Program-made: the position numbers and the translations under genes | Notes under the pieces: model-generated | What the model saw: the letters and a program-made list of their open reading frames with translations, nothing else | The model's database searches: none | Told to the model about the DNA's origin: nothing | Shown: in pieces, positions 50,441 to 62,631 of the stretch | How the letters are laid out: every line of letters begins with the position of its first letter | Numbering within the stretch: position 1 is the stretch's first letter | Source of the DNA: Lama guanicoe | Taxonomy: Eukaryota | Assembly: GCA_013239625.1 (NCBI GenBank) | Contig: MU054001.1 | Span: 2,982,151 to 3,046,150, forward strand | Direction: 5' to 3' | Length of the DNA: 64,000 bases

Positions 50441-50633
50441 AGGCTGCCAGACTTAGTAAAACTAAACACTTAAAAACACAGACTTCTAGTTAGACTGGAA
50501 TGGCAGATGAACAATGAATTTCATTTTTACATAGAAGTATGTCCCACACCATATTTGGGACATTGTTATCCTAAACAACGTCATTGGTTTTCTGAAATTG
50601 AGCTGGGTATCCTGTATTTTATCTGGCAAACCT
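50441..50633. mobile_element. MER53 (palindromic hAT MITE)
   Basis: Termini aggctgccagacttag / tattttatctggcaaacct; central palindrome aagtatgtcccacaccatatttgggacattg. Confidence 0.85.
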
Positions 50634-51620
50634 CGTCTCTAAAATCCTTTAGATCTGAGATTGGAATTCTGTAATGAACGTCTCTGACTTTGTATTTGTT
50701 TCTAAGAGAGAGTGAGCTTGCTCAGGGAGAGGGGTGGGAGAGAAGCAGTCCCCTGAAAGACCAGCCGGTTTCCAGTCCACAAAAGGACAGTTCATAGCAT
50801 CTAGAGGAGCAATGTTTTAGAAAACTCTCTTCATTTTGAGAAAGAGCACCTGAGAAGACAGCAGCCTTTCCTCATAGTGCAGGCCCCTCCCATGTCTGAG
50901 GGCCCAGGCAGCTCTGTCCCAAAACTGTCTCATTCATAGGCAGTGCTGTGCCCAATGCCCTAGAGAGAGCCAGGTGAAGAAAGATCATTTCCAGTCCTTT
51001 CTGTATGCAGAAGCAATTACAGTTAATCCTTGCTCCATGCCATCATACACTGAGGTCTAGAAAATCCCCACGACAAAGGCCTAAATGCAGCATCCTTTAG
51101 GGGAGGCCAGGAATGGTTCTGGGCTCCTCTTTCTCCCTAGGTGACATGGAGAGGACCCACAGCCACCTGATTTTGTTTGGGGCAGGGTGCAGGGGGAGGG
51201 GGACAGAGCCAGATACAGGGAAGGGACGAGAGATGCTAGAAGTCAGTGTTGCAGGATGGAAAGTGCAGTTAGCAAAAGGCCTGGTAGCTAGAGGCAGGAA
51301 GAAAATAGTAAGATTTCCAACATAGCCTTAAAATATAATTGCAGATAGCGCTTTATCCTGTATTACAGTGCAGTCCCTCCCTGAAGAGTAATGACCACCT
51401 CTTTGGTCCATTTAGTTTGGGTCTTTTACAATCTATCAGAGATGAGTTTCCTGGAGTCTGGGATCCCATTCAAGGCAGTGTGGAAACATGCAGAAGTGTG
51501 TTGATTGTATTTCCACAGTCCTCATATTCTGCCCTTGAGAGGAGCCCTCCCTCCAGTGAGTTCTGGAATGGATGGGCAAACAACCCAGTGTCTCCAAAAG
51601 CACTTCTGAATAACCCCCTG

Positions 51621-51621
<1 letters not shown>

Positions 51622-51651
<30 letters not shown>
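51622..51651. repeat. (CA)n microsatellite
   Basis: Direct reading. Confidence 0.95.
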
Positions 51652-51652
<1 letters not shown>

Positions 51653-52084
51653 CTAGGATGTGAATGAACCTGGACACCCAGACAGCTTCTCTGAAATTCT
51701 ACCTTATCTCCGTCAAGAAGCACGCAGAGCTGGGGTGTGAAGACAATATGGTTGGGATACAAAGTTTTATAGACAGGGAGAAAGGAGGAAAACAACTTTT
51801 TGCTTTGGATGCAAATAAACTCAGCTTCACCTTTCATGCTGAAAACCTGTGCCCTTGGCAAGCCGTCTGGGGACTGTTCCAGAGGTATTAATCTTCCTCC
51901 GTTTGCATGTTAAATAGGTCTTTGGAAACTGTTTCTCTATCCTTGCTTTTTCTCTCCAGCACAATCTCCCTCTCTCTTTCCTTTTTAGTACAGTCAGAAC
52001 TCCCCAGCAGCAGGGAGCCCCCCCGGGAGGGAGGTCGGGGTACCGACTTCGGTGGATTTCCGAGCCACCCCTGGCTGCGGGGCC

Positions 52085-52102
52085 GGCCAGCAGATGGCGC
52101 TG
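52085..52102 (+). promoter_or_regulatory. CTCF binding motif (forward orientation) inside a short CpG-rich patch
   Basis: GGCCAGCAGATGGCGCTG matches CCASYAGRKGGCRS exactly; 52010-52160 is GC/CpG-dense unlike its surroundings. Confidence 0.75.
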
Positions 52103-55100
52103 TGCCGCACGGTATGGCCCCTGCGTGCCGGCCGGCGCCGGAGCGGGCAGCCAGGCTGCTCCAAGTTACTAGTGCCATTCCTGGACCGAAACAAATGTTT
52201 GTGGAATTAAGTAGTGATTTCCTTTAGTCTGCGCGACTCTTACTGGCTGTGTTTTCAGGCTCTAGATGTTAACATATGCCATATATTGCTTTTTCGGGGG
52301 GGGGGGGATCAGGGCTTTCCCAGCACATTTAAACCCATCCTAACTGCTCACGTCAAGCAGGTCTGCATTTTCTGATAAAAATAACCCATAACACTTCCAT
52401 ATTAAGAGCTAGACTGGTTGGGAAGACAAAGAAATGCTGACAAATGTAAGTAAACAGGGCACCTAAGAGTTTTCTTTCTAAATAAACAAGGGAGGGGGAG
52501 GGGGATTCTTTTACAGACTCAAAAATAAAGCGTGAACGTACACCCGATACAACTTAAGGCTTGGGTGGAAAGAGAGCCGGGGTTGCTGGCTGCTGGGAGT
52601 GGGAGGACGGGAGTCGCCTTATATGATTGCTGGAAACACTTGGGTGCAATGACTACATACCTATATGAACTGAGGAGAAAATTTAGGAGATGTCCTGGAG
52701 ATCCCAGGCTACTTGAGGGCACAGCCAGAAGGCCACGGGTTTTCAGAACCAAGTTAAGCAGCAGTGGATTAGGGTGATAGAATTGTCAGAGCTATTGCTC
52801 CGCCGTCCAAATGACCCCATTAGCTAGGGCTCAGTATGTATTTAATGCTGCCATAAAAACCCGTCTTCTCAAAGTAAACAAGGCAAGTCTGTGTGCATCT
52901 CCAACAAGATGCATGCAGCTTTGTTTGGGATAATGGATTTGACATGAGTAAAAACAGTGGGGATTAGATGGACCCAGCACGGATAAATATGACTAATTGT
53001 CATCTCCTCACGTCAGCATAAACATGGCGAGCACTGCAGACTAGGAGGAGATGGGGCAGCCAGGGAGTTTGGGTGGGACTAGGCACTGTGGAATCGATCG
53101 TAACTGATTGATAAAGCAGGCGTGGACTGGAGCATTGAAGAGGTTTTTGCCTTGCCTGCGGATGTGAACATAGCTTTTTAGAATTTCCAAGCATTTTATT
53201 ACTTAAATTGGGCCGTGTGTTGCAGCCCTGCCGAGTGAGCACACAGCTGTCTGCCGTGTGCAGAGCAACTTTGTGGGCTTCCCTTTCTTAAATGTTGATT
53301 AAACTTCTAAAACTGGCAGAATGTCCCCATCGCTTTTTTTTTTATACAAAAGAAGTGGTTTTGAAATCCTGTTTTAGACTTTTCAAAAGTTTTCAGCAAG
53401 AGACTCAATTATTCTCTTTATATACATAGAGATAATGTTTAACTTTCTTAACCTGTTTTACTGTTTTGTTTGTAAATCAGGAACTACTGCTATATGTTTT
53501 TTTTTTAGATAATGAATAAGTATATCTAGTACTGAAATACATACTTTTAAATTAAGAAACATTCTCAGACTTTGAAACTTAATCACTGGAAACAGGAATT
53601 ATATTTATGGTGATTAAATCACATAATGAAGTATATTCATTTACTAACATATGGTTTTTAGCAGTTAATGCTGTTTTTTTCACCTGTTTTCATTTTTTAA
53701 GCTAAAGTTCAAAGACATTTTTCTAACCAAATGTCGCTTATTATGTGAATGTATGCTGTTTATACCACGAATATTGTTAACACAGTGAAATGAAACTTTA
53801 GTTCTGCCACTCATAGCAATATTTAAGGCTTACCAGATATTACAAACATTGCAAATTCTATCCATAATATCCAGAAGCTGATTTTGGATCAAATTTAGAG
53901 CTGTCTTTCAAACAGAGCCACATCAAATTTAAAATTAGTCAAGGATTACAGTTTGCTATGAAGAATGTCTCCACCTCCAATATGAGCAAATGTCATCAAA
54001 GTGAAAGGGAAAAAAAAAAGAAAAGAAAAGAAGAGATGTGATTGTTTTGACACAAGTGAGAGAAGCTTAGTGTTGCTTCATTTTTAACCTCATTTCAAAT
54101 TATCTTTTAACCACCCTGATATTTCTGCATGGAGATAATCACATCTCATCAGCCTTCTCAAAACCCGGCAGCTCCACACCCAGAGCTAATGCTTCTTGTT
54201 AAATCATATTGCTAAACAAAATGTCACAGCTCCCGCAGCAGACTGATGGAGATCAGCTTCGCTGGACGGCCTCTTTTTTTTCTTTCTTTCTTTCTTTCTT
54301 TCCAACATTTAATTTTCTTTTCTTTTCTTGGATAATTTTAATCTTACAGAAGAGTTGCAAATGTTTTTCCTAGAAAGTCAGGACACGAGTTTAGAAAAAG
54401 CAAAAGCAAATCAGCCCTTAGATGATGATAGAAACCTGTTGAAATGCTCCTGGGAAAATAATAAACAACAGATTCACAGGCACATTTAATAGAAGAAAAT
54501 CCTTCTCAGGGAAGGCGGTGAAACATGGGACTTCAGGAGAAGAAAAAGTGACCCTGGTTTTAAACATACACAATCAATTATTCCTTAACATCAGTTAAGA
54601 ACTCACATATCACCGAGGTTTAATAAACTCATCAAGAACACTGGGCTTATTTATTTGAGCAGTTTTGCATCTGCAGATGTAAAATCAAAAGCCCCCTGCT
54701 TAACATTTGAAAAACTAGTATGTAAATGACTGACTGCCTTATCTTTACACAGTTCGCCTTAACTTCACTTCCTCTCACTTTGTCATTTGATTTGTACGGT
54801 TTCCAAATCAGAGTGACTATCATCTATTAGTCCCCCTGGTGACAGAGGGCAGGGCGTTGTTGTATCCGAGTTAATAAAGCAGAAACACAAGGCTAATTAC
54901 TGGGGAGATAAACCGTGCTGGCAGGGGTTCCCTTCCTCGAGGTCTGGAGCTATCTGCACCCAGACATTCTGTAGGGAGACTGTGTGCACTAAGGACAGAC
55001 AGAGCCCGAGCAGGTGGACTGGGCTTGTTTCTGTACCGCAATGCTGGTAAATGTCAGGAATCGTCTTCCCGGGAGGATGATGCGGCAAATTGTACATCTA

Positions 55101-55266
55101 CAAGGGGAAGCAAGTGCGTACTCATTAATCAAATGAGATAATTGGGGGCGGGGGTGCAGGTGCTTCATAACTTCAAGGGGCAAAACAAATAGAAAGCAGC
55201 ATTTTTGTTACCAGGGCATGTGTGTATCTTTAAATAAGTCTCCATACACATGTGTTGAATAGCTCT

Positions 55267-55316
55267 GTGATGGTGATGGTGGTGGTGGGTGTGTGTGTGT
55301 GAGAGAGAGAGAGAGA
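55267..55316. repeat. Compound microsatellite (GAT/GGT)n(GT)n(GA)n
   Basis: Direct reading. Confidence 0.9.
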
Positions 55317-58300
55317 TTGAGAATGCCTCTCTAATGCCAGCAGTTACACAGTTACACCCTGGAATGTATCCCTCTGTGGAAAAAATAAAATATATGGATA
55401 TTATCTGTAGAATATGCAGAATCATACTATATACAGCATAATGACACAACAACTTTTAAAGCATAGAACCTGATGGAAAAGCTGGTGTACTGATGATTCA
55501 GAGGCCCATATTGTGTTTTTATAGGCTTAAATCATGTGTATAGGACTGTACCATATTTATGCAAAATGCACAGGCGTGCTGAGAGATTTCCCCATCCTGT
55601 GTACTTTTTCATATGCAAGACTTCAATACTATTATCAATACTGCCATCCTCTCCGATTCCCTCCCCTCAAAGGAAGCAAACAAAAAAGCCTACCTGTGTA
55701 ACTAACTAGCTAACATTTAGGAGATATTCATAAAAAGAGAAAAAAATAATACAGTTCTTGACTCCTGATTTGAATGGTTGCAGTTATCAGTGGATACTGT
55801 AGCAAAAGCTGAGAAACTGTGTTTGGAGAAAGAATCTAATAATGCAGCTTTGTCCAACAGATGTTAAAATTGCAAGGTCATTTGCGCATTTGACAATGGC
55901 AATGAACTTAAGTATGCAGAATGAACTTTAATAATTGAGGAAATTGTGTAATTAAGCTGAAAGCGGCTGAAAATTACAAATAAAATTAACTCTTCTTTAA
56001 TTTAGCAAGAATATTACTACTTCTATTACCAACCAGTTTGTGTGGATATCAGGAAAGTCTGGAAACTTTCAAGTGACTGTACATTTATTGTGATGACTTA
56101 CCGTAAAGATATTGACCTCATTTTTTTTTTTTAAGATAGAAATGAGCACTAATACTTCTTTTCCACAGTATGGTTCTGAATTGCCATGTGGTTGGAATTA
56201 TACAAAATGGCTCATTGGCAGAGTGTGTTTTAATTTTGATTTCAGGTTTATGATCCTATCTGTGTCTATTTTAAATTTAAATGGATTACATTCAGCAAAA
56301 ATCCTTTTACTAGCCTGGCTTGGCTGTCTCATACTATTAGACTCTGTCTGTCCGGCTTCTACAAATCTGTTAATACATAAAACCATAAGAAGCCTCTTAT
56401 GCTCGAACCAGGTTAGACTGAAGACATCAGATTAATATTTGATAAAGTAGAAGGGCCCTTAATCAGATTTGCTTATTTCATGACAGAATGTTTCTGCAAT
56501 TATCATAATTGTTGTGCTAAATATGTTTGTCTTCGTATCTGGCTTTGGGCATAATCTTCTCTCTTGAAAGCCACTCAATGTGGAACTTCAGATTCCTGCA
56601 CAAAACCCAATTAATATTAAGATGACAAGCCCCAATGAGCTCCAAAGAGGCAACAGCTGAACAGACTCTAACATTCTTAAGTACAGATACTTGAGTGATC
56701 AAGTACATCTGAGGGAGACACACAATTCAATAATCCCTTTCTCAAGAAAGTCAAGAGCCCTGTGAGATACGAGGGAAATCAAAGGAGCACATCAGAAAGA
56801 AAATGACGGGTCTGGTCCTGTAGCGTCTCTATTAAAATGCAAAAGTTATGGATTTTTTTCGGGGTGATGGGAACCTTTTCTGTTTTTATTGATTTCTTTT
56901 TATAGCTTGATGATTTCTCTAAGATTATCTTAAAAGCTTAGAGAAAAAAGGGGGCCTCATCAAAAGGTATCTTGCATGACAGAAGCGTATATAGTTTTGG
57001 TTAATGTGATGTGGCGAAGGCTCTGTACAGTCTTGGGAAGAAAGGGATTCTGCTAGTTCATCGGCCCGGGGAAGGGCTGCAGCCTCCATAGTAAACTCAA
57101 AATTTTACTGCCGCATTTGGCGCACGTGGTCAACCCGCCCTGCTTGCCCCTGGACCAGTGAGGAGAGCTGAGCAGTGCATTTCCCCAGAGACTGAGTTCT
57201 AAAGCGCTGGACTAACAAAAGTAGCATTTCCATTCGTATTGTGTAAAGCAATCGCCTTCACACCCTGACCCCCAATCTCCTAGCATCCTGGGTGACTCCT
57301 TAGATTTACAGCTACCTTCGCTGTCCAGAGGTGACATCCTAACCCATTGATTTGTAATCAGAAATTGGTTTCCTGTCACTTTAAAAGTGAGGCACTAAGG
57401 GGCAGTAAAAACAAGGCTGTCGGAGCTAAATGGAGCTATAGTTCAGGCTCGGGGCCATTACACACTACCTTTCCCATGTATTTATTACATTAAAAAACCT
57501 CTGTAGTGCACTTTAAATGGCTGGTGACACCCTCTTAGGTGACTTATTGCTCTGTGAAATCAGTTTTGTAGAAACTCTTCCGCGTGAGCCCAAAGAAAAC
57601 CGAAATCAAAATAAAAGTAAAAAAAACAACCACCAGTCTGCCTGTGTTTGTGTTTAAGAATGTGCCAGTCCCAGACCACGGAGTGAGTCTCTGTGCCCAG
57701 CATCTCAGAGACAGGAGACCCCCGCACTAGTCACCCGGCATCACCTAGAGTTCACTTTGCTCAGGGACCAGGAAAAGCGAAACCACCCAGTATGGCCCCT
57801 GTTCATTGCCTGGTCAATCTGGTGGAGCCGTGCAGGCCACCTGCCCAGTTTCGGGGTCTACCCCAAGTGGAGAAGGACAAGTACTGAAGGTCATGTCCAC
57901 GTCTCCCATCTCCCCCCACCCCACAACTGCCCACCTCCCGCACATGACACCTCGGCAGCTTTTCCAGATGACCTCTTCACACTAAACAGAAGGGAACAGG
58001 GATAATTACAATCAAAACTGCCTAATTAGGGTAGAAATAGATTTCCTTGACTTAGGCTTACATTTTCTAAGATGCAAGTGCTCGAAAATTACCCAGAAAA
58101 CGTTTTCAGAGGTTCCTCTTGTAAACCAGACACAGATTCCATACAAATGCAGCTCCTGGTTGACCCCAGAGCCCCCATTTCCTTTCTCTGCTTGTCACAA
58201 CAAGGCAGGATTTCTCGGGAGAGAGACCCTCACCGTGGGAGTAATCTAGATGCAGTGCACCATTGCATCAAAATAGACTCTTTGCCACACAAGCATGGAT

Positions 58301-61300
58301 GATTCTACTCACAGAGTGAATTGCCCCAAATTGTGAGATCTCTGAAACAAAATGCGTTCCTGTTGCCTTCTGAGGTTCCTGCTAATTAATATTCAAAGGG
58401 CTCAAAGAGGAAAAATGGATACCTAAATCATACATATGTATATGCCTTTTAAGCTTTATTATAAAGGCAAAATAACCCCTTCCTTGGTTAAAATCCAACT
58501 TGAGTCAACATACAAAGGTGACTGCACTGTAATACTAGACATATCTGCATTATGTAGGCATGTTACTGCGCCACCAGAATCTCTCAATAGTAATTATTAT
58601 GCCAAGCACCCTGTTGGCACAATTACACTAAAGCTCTAATTAGTAGCAGTAAGATTAGAACCCCTACATGTTAAATCTGTAGAAGCAACGCTGAGTGAAG
58701 GATTTAAAACAGTTTCAAAACATTGTATTGCTTTATTATAGTCTTTATACTTCAGTAAAGAAGGGTTTTCTATAAAATGCACTTAAAATAATCTGGTCCT
58801 GTCACTAAAAATAGGAAAGATAAGGTAATTGCAGTCAAACCTAGTGAGTCGGCTTGCTACCTAGGTGCATTAAATCGCAAATGACAAATCTAGTGAACTC
58901 TAGTGGGAGATACATCCTTCCTCCCTGCTGGACGCTTTGGTATTTTTCCAACCATCAGCCAGGGGAACATGCAGGGACCATACTTGTCACGGGCTTGCCT
59001 CTTCATTACCTCCGAGAGGCCGGGAGGCAGGCACCAGAAGCAGATCTCGCTCACCAATCTGACTGCAGCATCCGGAAATTTACTTGTCTCCTTAGAGACT
59101 GCAGCATACCCATCGAACATAGCACGTGACTCCTTCCCTCCCACTGAGACGGCACTGGGGCTTAGCTACCTGCTGGGTTTGATACTGGACGTCTGGGTGC
59201 CAGAGCTGGGGCCTCCCTGGGAAGCGAAGCCCTGGGGCTGAGGGGCTCACCTCCACAGCAGAGGTGTCCGTCCAGCTGAGAGCAGGCTGGGGGTCTGCCT
59301 GTCACACCTGAGCATTTGGGGGAAGGCAAAACAGCCACTGGGAGTTCTGATCACAGCTCTAGGAGAGGGGGGAAGGCAGACGTGGGTTGCCAAATGCCAG
59401 GTGTATCTGTTTGGATCTGGGGATCTTTTGATTGGATTTTCCCATGAAACTGAGTACTCGGGACTGTATAAAATGTTTTAAGGGCGAAAACCTAGAAGCT
59501 TAGCTGGAGGGGAAAACAAAGCCATTTCATCTGCCTGGTAGCTTTGCCCTCTCCCACCCCCCACCTCCTCCCTTAGCAAACGCTGGTATTTGAGGAAAGC
59601 CAGACCAAGGCAGGTAGAGTTTGGTCTTCTCTGTGGTCTGGTCACTGTCACCCAACCCCAGTTATCTGCAAAAATCCCTGGTCCTGTCAGCCCACCAGGT
59701 CCCTGAGTGGAAAAATAGGGAGTTCTGGGCACACGCAGGTACTGTGAAGAACACAGGATCTGGTGGTAAATCAAGCTCATGTTAAAATACAGCTCTACCT
59801 CGGCTGTCCTGGGGGTAGATCTTAGCCTGTGTACTTATGCAACATGAAAAACATGGTTATTCCGGAGGAATCGCTCCATAAACTTCTATAGAATAGATAA
59901 ACATTTGAAAAAATTCTCCTGGGCTTTTCCACTGAAGCCAATGCATTATTTATTTCGCTACTGAAATGCTCAACTAAACACCTTGGGCCGTCTTTAGGGT
60001 GAAAATAGGACGTAGAAATCCCAAAATGTTAGCGTAGTTCTACTTTAGTGTCACTAAATGGCAGTTACTCCCCTCCGCCAACAAATTTGCCATAATTACG
60101 GTGGTACCCAGTGAGTGTGCATTTGTGCATCACACACATACAGACTTTCGAGATGTGTAGTGTAACAGCTATAAAACTGTCTACAAGAATGTATAGTGAT
60201 AAGAGGGCAGAAGTCAGAGGATGGCCTCTGAATCTTAATAATTGTATGTGTTCAGCCATATGTTACATCTAGAAGTGCTGTTTACTGTAAAATTGAAGAC
60301 CGGGAGAGTGTGGTACTTTCTGGCTTCTATATTTTATGTTGGCTTCTCTCGTAGCCCCGGACTGGAAGGAGGAAGTGAAAACATCCTTCTGCCTTACAGG
60401 TTATCTTATTGCCGTCATAACTCCAGTATTTATACACACGTATGTTTTATCTACAAAAAGATATCCACAGGAGAGCTGATCTTCTGCAACTGTTACAGAA
60501 CTGTTAAATGTATATTAGCATGGTCATTTTTATTTAATGGAAACAAATAACAGTTAATCTTATTGGAAGGGTTAAGTGGGTTTACTTGGTAAAGGGCAAA
60601 TCCCTTTGGATGCTTTCTTTTTTTAAAGAATAGCCACAGTCGCTGACAGATGGTCTTTGTCTGAGTGGAGCTGAGGACAGATACAGTTTCTTTTTACACA
60701 TTTATGAAAGTTGTAGATATAGATGCTTGGTCATATGCAGTGGCCCAGGACAAAGAGCAAGCTTGGTGGACAGAGAGGATTAGATTTCAGATCAGTGACA
60801 GATGGCTGGCTTAGCAGAGTCAGATAAAATTAAAAGCGGGGCGGTGGATAGAAAGAAACCACTTTCCATGTAAAAGTTGCATCTCTTAAGACAATAGCAG
60901 CATATAACGTTCAGCTCCCTTCCCAACCTGGTGTCAAGTTCTTAGATTTAAATTTCTGCTTCGAATATGCATTTTACGTTTGCCTTTGCAGAAGAGGCGG
61001 GATTATTCTTTCTTGATCAAGCTTGTCAAAGGGAAACTAAGAAACGACATAATTAACAACTGGCCTTTCAACTTGGCCAGCGGAAAGTACTTCCATTTGC
61101 GCAACGATGCTGAATATTTACATGTGGGTCCTTACCCACAGCACTCCTCGGTTTGGGCAGATTTTTATAAGCCTATTGGTAAAATCCACATTTTTGCTTA
61201 CTCCATATGCATCGTTTAAACCTATCACATCACTATAACCTTCATCAAATAACCATACAACATATTTAGTGTTAATTTGTCATGCTGAAATTATTCATCG

Positions 61301-62494
61301 GTGTCTTGAGTAAGTCCGATAATATTTATGGGTTATGCCATTCCATGTTTTCTGGCAATGCAGTTTGCTAGATTTCATAGATTTACTGTGTCTGCTTTTT
61401 TATGACTGACATAGCAATAACCAGATTGCCGAGATATTTATGCTGTTTGTGGCTTAGCAAGATAATTAAAGGATATAAATTAATCAAGTGCAATTAATTA
61501 GAAACTTTATGTTCACAGCAGTCCTTCTTTGCATGTATAATTTATATTTATTGATTTCCTGGCTTTCATTAGCCTATGAGATAACAGCAAAAATGCATTA
61601 GAGAAGAAAATGTACAATTAGCGTGAGAGTGAACCTTGGCATAATGGATAGATCAGCTCATGTTTGGGGCAAATATAAAGCTTTGTTAACTGTCATAAGC
61701 AGTTACAATTGATGAGTGGTATTTCACTACATATCTTTCGGCTGATTAACGGCGTTTTTAAAGAGTCCCCTTAATGGGAAGCTGATAGGTTGGCTGAATT
61801 TACATTTTAATCAGAGTATTTATGATAGAGGCAGCCCTCGAAATTCATTGGCAGAGGGTGAGGCGACATTTCCTGAGGGACTGGAGCAGGGGGCGGGCTT
61901 TGGAGTGTGTCCACTCATCTATTTCTTCTCTTGTTATTTGGCTGGCGGGGGAGGGGGGCACTAGTGGCCTCCTCATCACTGGCCGCACTCTGGCTAATCC
62001 CTGGGAGAAAGGACCAGATGCGCCGGATGCCAGGAGAGGGGAACCCCAGTCACGCTTGCGTGTCTTCTGTCACTGAGTGTCAAATGCCAGCCCCATAGGC
62101 AGCAACAAGGGCTCCCAAGCTTCGTCATCAAGGGCTCCCTGGAGGAGGGAGAGACACCTTGGCCGGAGGAAGGGCAACGCCCTGGTTGAGACTGCTACTC
62201 CTGTTTCCTAATTGGGTTGAAAGCCAACCCAGCCAGCTCCAAGGAGACCACACAGCAGACCGCAGCCCCGGGTCCAGAGGCATATCTACTCATGCCCCAC
62301 TGCTCAACAGCTTCCCTTTTGAACCTAGGAGCAGAGCCTGCTCCTGAATTGTCAGCCCTTACCATGCTGGTTCTTTCAAGCAGGAACAGGAGTTAGGATG
62401 CTGAACAGTCAGAGGACACTTTTGAAAGGGTCTGGTAGAAGTAAATCCTCACATAGCAATACCTTTCACCTTTCTTCAAAAAGGGAGAGGGAGT

Positions 62495-62631
62495 AATGAA
62501 AAAGAGTATGAAAAGGAATATATAGGAATATATGTATGTATATGTATGACTGAAACATTATGTTGTACACCAGAAATTGACAAAACATTGTAAACTGACT
62601 AGACTTCAATAAAAAAAGAAAAAAAAAAAAA
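62495..62631 (+). mobile_element. Young 5'-truncated L1 3'-end (artiodactyl/camelid-type) with poly(A)
   Basis: tatgactgaaacattatgttgtacaccagaaattgacaaaacattgtaaactgactagacttcaataaaaaaagaaaaaaaaaaaa; reverse complement of the copies at 3.2, 41.5 and 42.8 kb. Confidence 0.9.

Noticed and set aside
51436..52227. ORFs of 96-141 aa around the (CA)n repeat and CpG patch
   Set aside because: Held open by the microsatellite and high GC content; peptides are low-complexity and unrecognisable.
54828..54844. CTCF-like TGTCACCAGGGGGACTA (minus strand)
   Set aside because: Mismatches at informative core positions, including the first C and the C after GG.
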